DNA of 60,244 nt, the filler included, from Deltaproteobacteria bacterium (GTDB taxonomy: Bacteria; Myxococcota; JACRCW01), in the NCBI GenBank assembly GCA_016218805.1. It is 3 parts of 3 records of this genome, joined end to end, with 100 filler letters (N's around TTAATTAATTAA, not from the genome) between each part and the next. Parts side by side here need not be neighbours in the genome. Positions count along the whole stretch, not along the records: positions 1 to 28,594 come from JACRCW010000137.1; 2 more parts are not named here. One strand, given 5' to 3'. The position numbers and the translations under genes are program-made. Shown piece after piece: positions 10,884 to 19,365 of the stretch (within the stretch, counting starts at the first letter, position 1; every line of letters begins with the position of its first letter). The notes below the pieces were generated by a model that was not told where the DNA came from, searched no databases, and saw only the letters and a program-made list of their open reading frames with translations.

Positions 10884-13544
10884 TCAGGCCTTGCGCACTT
10901 CCGCGCGCAGTTCCTTTTCCACCGAACTCATCACTTCCTGGTGCAGGCCGTTGACCACGTCGTCCGTCAGCGTCTTGTCCGGACTGCGGAAAGTCAGGCT
11001 GATCCCCACGCTCTTCTTGCCCTTGGGCAGCTTGTCATCCCGGTACAGGTCAAACAGCTCCACCCGCTCCAGCAGTCCCTCAGACGAAGCGCGCGTGCCG
11101 CGCACGGCGCCAAACAGCTGCTCCACGCTCAACGACTCCTCCACCAGGGCGGACAGGTCACGCCGCACGGCGGGGAAGCGCGGGATGGCGCGGTAGGTGG
11201 CGGCGCCCGGCATCCGGGAGGCCAGCGCGCCCAGGTCCAGTTCGCCCACCAGCACGTCACCGGGCAGGTCCAGGCCCTGCCCCACCGCCGGGTGCAGCAC
11301 GCCAAACGTCCCCACGCTCACCCCCTGGTGCATCACCGTGGCGGACTTGCCCGGGTGCAGGTGCGGCGCCACGCCGTCACCCGCCGGCACCACGCGCACG
11401 TCCCCGTCCCACAGGTCCGCCCGCAGGCCCAGCGCGCCCAGCAACTCCTCCACCACGCCCTTGGCGTCGTAGAAATCCAGCGGCGAACTCACGCGCGCCT
11501 GGTGCCCCGCCGGGCCGCGCGTCCCCGTCATCACAAACCCCGCGTGACAACGCTCCAGCGCGTACGCATCGCCGCCGGGGGGACCATCCGCCGTGTGCGG
11601 CCGCGGATCGGCGCCCTCCGGCCGCGCGCCGTGGAACACGGTGCCCAGTTCAAACAGCCGCACCTCGTGCTCGCCGTGCCGGTGGTTGTGCGCCAGGTTG
11701 CGCAACAGCGCCGGCAACAGCGTGCTGCGCATGACGCTGACCTCCTCGGAGAGCGCGTTGCGCAGCGTGAGCCGCGGGATGCGCGTCCCCTCCCCGTCAA
11801 AGGGCGCCAGTTCGCGCGGGGACAGAAACCCCATGTTCACCGCCTCATCAAAACCGGCGGCCACCAGCGCCTCCCGCACGGTGTCCACCGCGGACATCCG
11901 CGGGCTCTCCGCCATCTGCATGAGCCGCCCGCTGCCGCGCGGCAGCATCTCCGGGATCCGGTCCAGCCCCAGCAGGCGGCCCACCTCCTCCACCAGGTCC
12001 ACCTCATGCACCAGGTCCGGGCGGAAGGTGGGCACGCGGAAGCGGATGGCACCCGCCTCACGGCCGGCCACCTCCAGGCCCAGCGCGGTCAGCGCGCGGG
12101 CCACCAGCGCCTCATCAATGAGCTTGCCGGGCATGCCCAACAGCTGCGCCGCCCGCGCCGGACGCAGCGTGACCTCCAGGGGCTCCACCGCGCGCGGGTA
12201 GGCCTGCGCAATCCCGCGCCGCACCTGCCCGCCGCCCAGGTCCACAAACAGCTGCGCCGCGCGGTTGAGCGCTTCATCCAGGGTGCGGTTGGGGTCACAG
12301 CCGCGCTCAAAGCGGTGTGACGCCTCCGTGTGCAGCCCGTGACGGCGTGCGGTGCGCCGCACGCCGGAGGGGTCAAAATACGCCGCCTCCAGCAGCACGC
12401 GCGTGGTGCCCGCGTGCACCTCCGTGTCCCGGCCGCCCATCACGCCAGCCAGCGCAATGGGCTTGTCCGGGTCACAGATGCACAGATCATCCGCGTTGAG
12501 GACGCGCTCCACGCCGTCCAACGTGGTGAGCTTTTCACCCGGCTTGGCGCAGCGCACCACCACGGTGGGCCGGCCGCGCTCCAGGGCCAGTTTGTCCATG
12601 TCAAAGGCGTGCAGCGGGTGACCGCGCTCCATCAGCAGCAGGTTGGTCACGTCCACAATGTTGTTGATGGACCGCATGCCGCACGCTTCCAGGCGGCGCA
12701 CCAGCCACGCAGGGGACGGCCCCACGGTGACGCCCTCAATGACGCGGGCGCAGTACCGCGCGCAGCGCAGCGGGTCCTCAATGCGGACCTGCGCACCATC
12801 ATCAATGGGACCGCCGCGTTCCGCACAGGTGGAGGAGGGCGGTTTGACGCGGAAGGCGGGCGTGGAGGCGGCGGCCCCGGCCGGGCGCCGCGCGCGGTCC
12901 TTCTCCGCCTCCTCCACCGTCACGGTGAGCCCGTGCGGCGTGGGGTTGGGTCCGGAGTTGGGCGGCGGCGTGGTGGACGGCATGGACAGGGCCGCAGCCA
13001 GATCCCGCGCGACACCGACGTGGGACAGCGCGTCCGGGCGGTTGGGTGTCACGCCAATGTGCAGCACGTGGTCCTCCGCCTGCACCACGCGCGCAAACGG
13101 CGTCCCGTTGGTCAGCCCCGGCTCCAGCAGCATCAGCCCGTCATGGTTGCCGCTGGGGAGCGCCAGCTCCTTGGAGGAGCACATCATCCCCTGGCTCATC
13201 ACCCCCGCCACGGCGCGCTCCGCAATGGCCAGCCCGCCCGGGAGCAGCGCGCCCACGCGCGCCACCGGCACCAGGCTCCCCGGCTCGCAGTTGGGCGCGC
13301 CACAGACAATGGACAGCGGGGCTGGTTCGCCCACGTCCACGGTGCACAATGACAGCTTCTCCGAGTTGGGGTGCTTGTCCCGCGTGAGGATGGTCCCCAC
13401 CACAATGTTCCGGTACGCGGCGGCCAGGTCCTCCACGCTCTCCACTTCCAGCCCGGCCAGCGTGAGCCGGTCCGCCACGTCCCGCGCGGACAACTCCGCG
13501 GGAATGTCCAGCAACTCCTTGAGCCACTTGAACGAGATGCGCAT
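10884..13544 (-). CDS. pheT: phenylalanine--tRNA ligase beta subunit
   Basis: MRISFKWL, TPNRPD, INNIVDVTN, RFERG and FPAVRRDLS motifs; follows pheS. Confidence 0.97.
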   Translation of the reverse strand: MRISFKWLKELLDIPAELSARDVADRLTLAGLEVESVEDLAAAYRNIVVGTILTRDKHPNSEKLSLCTVDVGEPAPLSIVCGAPNCEPGSLVPVARVGALLPGGLAIAERAVAGVMSQGMMCSSKELALPSGNHDGLMLLEPGLTNGTPFARVVQAEDHVLHIGVTPNRPDALSHVGVARDLAAALSMPSTTPPPNSGPNPTPHGLTVTVEEAEKDRARRPAGAAASTPAFRVKPPSSTCAERGGPIDDGAQVRIEDPLRCARYCARVIEGVTVGPSPAWLVRRLEACGMRSINNIVDVTNLLLMERGHPLHAFDMDKLALERGRPTVVVRCAKPGEKLTTLDGVERVLNADDLCICDPDKPIALAGVMGGRDTEVHAGTTRVLLEAAYFDPSGVRRTARRHGLHTEASHRFERGCDPNRTLDEALNRAAQLFVDLGGGQVRRGIAQAYPRAVEPLEVTLRPARAAQLLGMPGKLIDEALVARALTALGLEVAGREAGAIRFRVPTFRPDLVHEVDLVEEVGRLLGLDRIPEMLPRGSGRLMQMAESPRMSAVDTVREALVAAGFDEAVNMGFLSPRELAPFDGEGTRIPRLTLRNALSEEVSVMRSTLLPALLRNLAHNHRHGEHEVRLFELGTVFHGARPEGADPRPHTADGPPGGDAYALERCHAGFVMTGTRGPAGHQARVSSPLDFYDAKGVVEELLGALGLRADLWDGDVRVVPAGDGVAPHLHPGKSATVMHQGVSVGTFGVLHPAVGQGLDLPGDVLVGELDLGALASRMPGAATYRAIPRFPAVRRDLSALVEESLSVEQLFGAVRGTRASSEGLLERVELFDLYRDDKLPKGKKSVGISLTFRSPDKTLTDDVVNGLHQEVMSSVEKELRAEVRKA

Positions 13545-13577
13545 GGTGGACCCGCCGCAATGGGGTTGGAACGGAAC

Positions 13578-14618
13578 TCAGAACTGCCGCAGGAAGCGGA
13601 CGTCGTTCTCAAAGAACAGGCGCAGGTCCGGGATGCGGTAGCGCAGCATGGCCAGCCGCTCCACGCCAAACCCGAACGCGAACCCGGTCACCTTCTCCGT
13701 GTCATACCCCACCGCCTTGAACACGTTGGGGTGCACCAGGCCCGCGCCGGCCACCTCCAGCCAGGTGGTGCCCTTGCACACGCGGCACGGCCCGCCTTCC
13801 ACGTCGGACCGGCCGGTGGCGCCGCAGGTGACGCAGGAGATGTCCACCTCGCAGGAGGGCTCCGTGAACGGGAAGAAGGACGGGCGCAGCCGGATGCGCA
13901 CCTCCGGACCAAACAGCTTGCGCGCAAAGGCCAGCAGCGTGCCCTTGAGGTCCGCCATGGAGACCTCCTCGTCCACAAACAGGCCCTCCACCTGGTGGAA
14001 CATGGGGCTGTGCGTGGCGTCCGAGTCGCTGCGGTACACGGCGCCGGGGCACACCACCTTCACCGGGGGCTTCTTCACCTCCAGCATGGTGCGGATCTGC
14101 AGCGGGCTGGTGTGCGTGCGCAGGACCACGTCATCCGTCAGGTAGAAGGTGTCCTGCATGTCCCGCGCGGGATGGTCCCGCGGGATGTTGAGCGCCTCAA
14201 AGTTGTAGAACTCGTGCTCAATCTCCGGGCCGGTGACGGCGCGGTACCCCAGCTGCCCAAAGATGCGCAGGATGGTGTCCGTGGTCTCCCGGATGGGGTG
14301 GACGTGGCCGCGCACGTGCCGGCGCCCCGGCGCGGTGACATCCAGGCGCTCCTGCAGCGCGGCCTGGTCCCGGCGCAGCTTGGCGGCGGCCTGCGCGCGC
14401 GCCAGCAGGTCCTCCAGTTCGCCCTTGGCCTCGTTCACCAGTTTGCCCGCCGCGGGCTTCTCCGCCGCCGGCAGCTGCGCCACGCCCTTGAGGAGCTGGG
14501 ACAGCTTGCCCTTCTTGCCCAGGAACGCCACCCGCACCTGGTCCACGGCGTCTTCATTGGCCGCCCCCTGGAGGGCGGTGCGGGCTTCTTCAACCAGGGC
14601 GGAGAGCTCAGGCTTCAT
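13578..14618 (-). CDS. pheS: phenylalanine--tRNA ligase alpha subunit
   Basis: HPARDMQDTF, LRTHTSP, FHQVEG, FPFTEPS and GFGVER motifs. Confidence 0.98.
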   Translation of the reverse strand: MKPELSALVEEARTALQGAANEDAVDQVRVAFLGKKGKLSQLLKGVAQLPAAEKPAAGKLVNEAKGELEDLLARAQAAAKLRRDQAALQERLDVTAPGRRHVRGHVHPIRETTDTILRIFGQLGYRAVTGPEIEHEFYNFEALNIPRDHPARDMQDTFYLTDDVVLRTHTSPLQIRTMLEVKKPPVKVVCPGAVYRSDSDATHSPMFHQVEGLFVDEEVSMADLKGTLLAFARKLFGPEVRIRLRPSFFPFTEPSCEVDISCVTCGATGRSDVEGGPCRVCKGTTWLEVAGAGLVHPNVFKAVGYDTEKVTGFAFGFGVERLAMLRYRIPDLRLFFENDVRFLRQF

Positions 14619-14652
14619 GCAGGGGAACGTCCATAGCCCAACCGGGCGGATC

Positions 14653-14684
14653 GAAACACCCGCGGGAGAGCCCTCCCACGGGTG
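14653..14684 (-). terminator. putative intrinsic terminator/attenuator between rplT and pheS
   Basis: Minus strand CACCCGUGGGAG-GGCU-CUCCCGCGGGUG forms a 12-bp stem (one G-U pair) followed by a short UUU. Confidence 0.55.
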
Positions 14685-14732
14685 CTGCAGCGTGTTGACG
14701 CGGCGTCACCGTTCCGCTTGGCGGAGCGGTGC

Positions 14733-15083
14733 TCAGGCCTTCTTGGCCAGCTCCACAACCGCCTTGAACGCGGCCGGGTCATTGAGGGCCAGGTCCGCCA
14801 GGATCTTGCGGTCCAGGCTGATCTTGGCTTTCTTCAACCCGCCAATGAGGCGGCTGTAGGAGATGCCTTCAATGCGCGCACCGGCGTTGATGCGCGTGAT
14901 CCACAGGTGGCGGAAGTCGCGCTTCTTGACCTTGCGGTCGCGGAACGCAAACGCCAGCGCGCGGTCCACCGTCTCGGTGGCAGTGCGGAACAACCGGTGG
15001 CGTGTGCCGTAGTAACCTTCGGCCATCTTCAGGATGCGGTGACGACGACGGCGGGCCTTGAACCCTCTCTTGGCGCGGGGCAT
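14733..15083 (-). CDS. rplT: 50S ribosomal protein L20
   Basis: [27 protein letters not shown] and [10 protein letters not shown] motifs. Confidence 0.98.
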   Translation of the reverse strand: MPRAKRGFKARRRRHRILKMAEGYYGTRHRLFRTATETVDRALAFAFRDRKVKKRDFRHLWITRINAGARIEGISYSRLIGGLKKAKISLDRKILADLALNDPAAFKAVVELAKKA

Positions 15084-15151
15084 TGCAGTACCTCTTCAAG
15101 CGTGGCCGGGCCAACGTGGACCCGGCGCGTGGCGTGGAAACTTCACAAGAA

Positions 15152-15364
15152 TCACAAGTAGGGGAGCATCCGGCGGAGGTGACCCTGCTCGGTGATGCGA
15201 GCCACCTGGTCAGCCCGGCCCTGCCGCTTCAGCTTGCGCGAATGCCGCGTAAGCAGATGGCGGCGGCCGGTGGTGCCGAACACGAACTTCCCCGTGCCCG
15301 TCTTCTTGAAACGCTTGGCCGCTGCCCGCTTGGTCTTCTGCTTCACTTTCACCTTGGCAACCAT
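15152..15364 (-). CDS. rpmI: 50S ribosomal protein L35
   Basis: KTKRAAAKRFKKTGTGK, HLLT, LPY; located between infC and rplT. Confidence 0.95.
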   Translation of the reverse strand: MVAKVKVKQKTKRAAAKRFKKTGTGKFVFGTTGRRHLLTRHSRKLKRQGRADQVARITEQGHLRRMLPYL

Positions 15365-15500
15365 TTCATTCCTCGTTTCGCGTCGCTGCGGCGGCGGGGT
15401 CGGTCTGACCACGCACTTCAGGAGCCGGCGTCGCTTCCAAGGGCCCTGCCCATGAAGCCGTCATCCGACGACGGGGCAGCACCCGAACCTCAATCGACCC

Positions 15501-16238
15501 TCACGGTCCCCGGGACGGGGAACCCTGCGGGGGGGCGCTTGGTACTCCACCTTCCGGCGGCCGTCCAGCCGGCGGCGGCGGCCGGGGAGCCTGCGGTGCC
15601 GCCGCCGCGGGCGCACCCGCAGACGGGCCCGCGGGCGTGACCGGCCGGACCCCGCCCTTACCCGGCGCAATGATCATGTACATGTTCCGCCCTTCCATCC
15701 GGGGGAACTGCTCCATCATGGCAATGTCCTTCACGCTCTCAATGACGCGGTCCAGGACCTGCTTGCCAATTTCCGGGTGCGTGATCTCGCGGCCGCGGAA
15801 CATGATGGTGACCTTGGCCTTGTTGCCTTCGCCCAGGAAGCGGCGGATGTGGTCCACCTTGAAGTTGAAGTCATGGTCGTCCGTCTTGGGACGCAGCTTC
15901 ACTTCCTTGAGCTCAATGATCTTCTGGTTCTTCTTGGCCACCGCGGCCTTCTTCTTCTGGTCATACTTGTACTTCCCGTAGTCCATCAGCTTGCAGACGG
16001 GCGGGCGGGACATGGGGTTGACCTCAACCAGGTCCAGTCCCAGCTCCATGGCGCGCTTGAGCGCGTCATCCGTCTGCACCACGCCAAGCTTCTGCCCGTC
16101 CGCGTCAATGACAAACACTTCCTTCACGCGGATACGGCGGTTGACGCGCAGCTCATTGCTGCGCTGCTGACCTCCGGGTCCGGGCTTCTGACCGGGCCCT
16201 GACTGCTGGGAATCTGGCGGACGCATGGGCGGTGGAAT
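15501..16238 (-). CDS. infC: translation initiation factor IF-3 with Pro-rich N- and C-terminal extensions; probable ATT start
   Basis: RVNRRI, LDLVEV, MDYGKYKY, KEVKLRP and FRGRE motifs; GGAGG lies 9 nt upstream of an in-frame ATT (16238-16236). Confidence 0.95.
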   Translation of the reverse strand: MPPPMRPPDSQQSGPGQKPGPGGQQRSNELRVNRRIRVKEVFVIDADGQKLGVVQTDDALKRAMELGLDLVEVNPMSRPPVCKLMDYGKYKYDQKKKAAVAKKNQKIIELKEVKLRPKTDDHDFNFKVDHIRRFLGEGNKAKVTIMFRGREITHPEIGKQVLDRVIESVKDIAMMEQFPRMEGRNMYMIIAPGKGGVRPVTPAGPSAGAPAAAAPQAPRPPPPAGRPPEGGVPSAPPQGSPSRGP

Positions 16239-16366
16239 GGCGGTGACCCTCCAAGTAATGCCGCCGGGCCGCATCGCAACGCGGACGGCAAAGGGCGGCC
16301 CGTATGGCACAGGGGAATGAGGATGACAAGGCGCGTGAATCCAACGCGGAACGCTGATCGTCGGCG

Positions 16367-16402
16367 CGCCCTACCGTCCCGCGGAGGGACGGGTAGCGGG
16401 CG
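16367..16402 (-). terminator. GC-rich hairpin after the small Zn-finger gene
   Basis: ctaccgtccc-gcgga-gggacgggtag imperfect inverted repeat directly after the stop at 16403; no U-tract. Confidence 0.35.
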
Positions 16403-16594
16403 TCAGCCGGCGGCGCCTTCCTTGGGCGGCCACGGCGTATCAATGAACACCCGCGCCTCCTTGTCATGCATGCCGCAGGCGTAGATGTTGCGGCCGCGGT
16501 TTTCGCGGTTGACGTACCAGTACACGGCACGCCGCTGGCACTTGGGCACGCCGCAGCGCTTGTTGAGATGGTCACAATCATTCTTCTGGATCAC
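16403..16594 (-). CDS. 63-aa putative zinc-finger microprotein
   Basis: GGGAG SD 5 nt before GTG; CGVPKC...CGMH (C-x4-C...C-x2-H) pattern; high GC3. Confidence 0.7.
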   Translation of the reverse strand: MIQKNDCDHLNKRCGVPKCQRRAVYWYVNRENRGRNIYACGMHDKEARVFIDTPWPPKEGAAG

Positions 16595-16629
16595 GGGGAC
16601 TCCCTGTTGTTGGCTTGCTGAGTGTGGAA

Positions 16630-17457
16630 TCAGATCACGCGCGTGGCGCCCACCAGCGCCGCCGGCGCCACCGGGCCCGCCGTGAACGCGCCGGCCACGG
16701 TGTCCTGCACGGCCCGCGTCAGCGTGTCCCGGTCATCCAGGGTCATCCCGCGCGTGTCCACCGGCGGGTGCACCACCACCAGGATGTCCCCGCGCCGGAT
16801 CATCACGTGCCCGGGCGCGTAGACCGCGTCTGCGCCCAGGATGCTGACCGGCTGGATGGGACAGTGCTGCTCCAGCGCAATGAGGAACGCGCCCTTCTTG
16901 AACGGCTCCAGCGCGGGGCCGCGGGACCGGCGGCCTTCGGCAAAGACCAGGATGGAGCGTCCGGTGCTCAGGCGCTGCGCCACCAGCTTGAGCCGCCGCT
17001 GCGCACCGGCCTTGTCACTGCGGTCCAGGCCAATGCTGCGGCTCATCCACAGCGCCTGGCCCAGCAGCGGCACGTACTCCAGTGACCGCTTGTGCAGCGT
17101 GGCCAGGTTGTACGGCAGCGTCACACCAATGCACGGCACGTCCAGGTGACTGCGGTGATTGGACACAATGACGCAGTTGCTGGCCGGGTCAATGTTGTGC
17201 GCGCCCTTGACCCACACCCGCACGCCGAACACCCGCAGGATCCAGCGCGCCCACAGGCGGAACATGCCGTTGCCCACCACCTTGCCCGCGCGGTCCGGAG
17301 ACAACAGGAACGGGATGGGCGTGACCAGCACGCCCGCGGCCAGCAGCCCCACCAGCGGAAACAACCCCAGGAAATTGCGCCACCAGTGGGTCAGACCCCA
17401 GGCCAGGCCGCGGGGGGCCGGGCGTGCGTTGACGGTTTCAATGGAGGACTGGGCCAT
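16630..17457 (-). CDS. plsC: 1-acyl-sn-glycerol-3-phosphate acyltransferase
   Basis: NHRSHLD, FAEGRRS and FKKGAF motifs; N-terminal hydrophobic segment. Confidence 0.88.
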   Translation of the reverse strand: MAQSSIETVNARPAPRGLAWGLTHWWRNFLGLFPLVGLLAAGVLVTPIPFLLSPDRAGKVVGNGMFRLWARWILRVFGVRVWVKGAHNIDPASNCVIVSNHRSHLDVPCIGVTLPYNLATLHKRSLEYVPLLGQALWMSRSIGLDRSDKAGAQRRLKLVAQRLSTGRSILVFAEGRRSRGPALEPFKKGAFLIALEQHCPIQPVSILGADAVYAPGHVMIRRGDILVVVHPPVDTRGMTLDDRDTLTRAVQDTVAGAFTAGPVAPAALVGATRVI

Positions 17458-17588
17458 GGAGCGCCTTTGGTGAGGGCGCCAACGACATGGAGGCCACCCG
17501 GGCCAGCCAAGTGCCGGGGTTCTACAGGGAACACCGACACGCCGGGCTGCAGGGTAGGACGCGCTGCGACCGAACACAACCCGTGCGG

Positions 17589-18584
17589 TTACAGCTTCAC
17601 TGCGTCCCGGACCATTTCCATGGTTTCGTGCGCCACGGTGCGCGCGCGGCGGTTGCCCTCCACGAGAATGTCATCCAGCGCGGTGTTGTTCACCAGCTCC
17701 GCGCGCTTCTCCCGCACGGGATCCAGGATGGCATCCATGGCCACCAACAGCTTCTTCTTGCAGTCCACACAGCCAATCCCCGCGGACCGGCACCCCGCCG
17801 CCACCTCCTCCACCACGGGCAGCGCGGACAGCGCCTTGTGCCACGCGTAGATGTTGCAGACCTCCGGGTTGCCCGGGTCCGTGCGCTTGATGCGCTGCGG
17901 ATCCGTGGGGGCGGCCAGCACCTTCTTCTTCACGTCCTCCTTGCTGTCACCCAGCATGAGCGCGTTGTTGTAGCTCTTACTCATCTTGCGGCCGTCCAGG
18001 CCGCTGAGCTTGGGGACGGGGGAGAGGATGGCCTCTGGCTCCGGGAACACCTGGCAGCTGTAGAGGTGGTGGAAGCGGCGGACCAGTTCCCGCGTGAGTT
18101 CCAGGTGCGGCAGCTGGTCCTGCCCAACGGGAACCGCGTGCGCCCGGTACAGGATGATGTCCGCGCTCTGCAGCAGCGGATAGCCCAGGAACCCGTACGT
18201 GGACAGGTCCTTGTGTGACAGGTTCTCCTGCTGCTCCTTGTACGTGGGCACGCGCTCCAGCCAGGACAGCGGCGTGATCATGGAGAGGATCACGTGCAGC
18301 TCGCTGTGCTCCGCCACGCGGCTCTGCTCAAACACCACCGCGCGCGCGGGGTCCACGCCGCAGGCAATCCATTCAGCCAGGTTCACGCGCCGCGCGGCGC
18401 GCACGCCGCCAGTGTCGTCGTACGACGTGGACAGCGCGTGCAGGTCCGCGCTCATGAAGAAGCAGTCATGCGTGTCCTGCATGGTGACCCAGTTCTTCAG
18501 CGCGCCCAGGTAGTGCCCCAGGTGCAGGGGCCCCGTGGGACGCATTCCGCTCAACACGCGCTGGCGCGTGGGTGCTGCTGTCAT
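17589..18584 (-). CDS. trpS: tryptophan--tRNA ligase
   Basis: SGMRPTG, HLGH, YPLLQSADI, VGQDQ and KMSKS motifs. Confidence 0.97.
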   Translation of the reverse strand: MTAAPTRQRVLSGMRPTGPLHLGHYLGALKNWVTMQDTHDCFFMSADLHALSTSYDDTGGVRAARRVNLAEWIACGVDPARAVVFEQSRVAEHSELHVILSMITPLSWLERVPTYKEQQENLSHKDLSTYGFLGYPLLQSADIILYRAHAVPVGQDQLPHLELTRELVRRFHHLYSCQVFPEPEAILSPVPKLSGLDGRKMSKSYNNALMLGDSKEDVKKKVLAAPTDPQRIKRTDPGNPEVCNIYAWHKALSALPVVEEVAAGCRSAGIGCVDCKKKLLVAMDAILDPVREKRAELVNNTALDDILVEGNRRARTVAHETMEMVRDAVKL

Positions 18585-18662
18585 GGGGTACTCCTCGACG
18601 GAAACCGGCGGCGGGCTATAGCCTTCAACGCGCCGTGTCCGCCACTGCAACGCGTGCTTGGG

Positions 18663-19091
18663 TCAGAACGGTGTCCGCCACCGCAGGCCGGGAAACCGCG
18701 CAAAGTCCCGGTCGGTGGTGACCCACTCACACCCGGACTCCACGGCAAGCGCAGCCAGCCAGGCGTCCTGGACAAGATTGCCTGTGGCCGAAGCTCGGCG
18801 GCAGAGATCCTCAAAGATCATCCAGTGATTGGGGCCTGGCTGGACCAGGGTGCAGTGGGCGGGCGACATCACCGCGCGCGCGAATGCCAGCGCTTGTTCG
18901 CGGCTGCTGGGCTTCACGAAGATCCGCGGGTGCGTGCTGATGCGCACGACAGCGCTGAGGACCTGGGGCGACATGCCATACGCCGCGGCGCCGTTGACCT
19001 GAGCGTCCAGCCAGGCAAAGTGGGCGGCGTGGTCCTTTCCGTCAGGCCGGAACGCGTAGAGCAGGACATTGACGTCTGGAAGGAACATCAC
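18663..19091 (-). CDS. vapC: VapC PIN-domain toxin
   Basis: DVNVLLYA, GNLVQDAWLAALA and TTDRDFARF motifs; start overlaps the antitoxin stop. Confidence 0.93.
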   Translation of the reverse strand: MMFLPDVNVLLYAFRPDGKDHAAHFAWLDAQVNGAAAYGMSPQVLSAVVRISTHPRIFVKPSSREQALAFARAVMSPAHCTLVQPGPNHWMIFEDLCRRASATGNLVQDAWLAALAVESGCEWVTTDRDFARFPGLRWRTPF

Positions 19092-19330
19092 CGACCCTCG
19101 ATGAGGTCGATCAGAGCCGCGCCGTTGTCCAAGTCGACACCCGGAAGCGTACCGCCCGTCGCGGTCGAGACCGGCAGGACCACGCGCTTGGTTTGCGCGG
19201 CCGCGCGCGGGCGCGCCAGTACCAGACGCACACCTTCCTCGATCAGGGCGGTCAAGGTCTCGCCACGCCTCGCGGCCTCACGCCGCGCTTGGGCCAGCAG
19301 GCGGTCATCGAGTCGGATGGTGGTTCGCAT
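19088..19330 (-). CDS. vapB: VapB ribbon-helix-helix antitoxin
   Basis: MRTTIRLDDRLL...TLTALIEEG pattern; directly upstream of vapC. Confidence 0.9.
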   Translation of the reverse strand: MRTTIRLDDRLLAQARREAARRGETLTALIEEGVRLVLARPRAAAQTKRVVLPVSTATGGTLPGVDLDNGAALIDLIEGR

Positions 19331-19365
19331 ATGTCTAGACATACTCCTACGGCGTCCATATGTCT
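19328..19365. promoter_or_regulatory. putative VapBC autoregulatory operator
   Basis: Perfect 14-bp palindrome TATGTCTAGACATA (19330-19343) at the vapB start; CATATGTCT occurs twice (19328, 19357). Confidence 0.65.

Noticed and set aside
13770..13850. CxxC...CxxC insert in PheS
   Set aside because: This Zn-ribbon-like insert is common in bacterial PheS; not novel.
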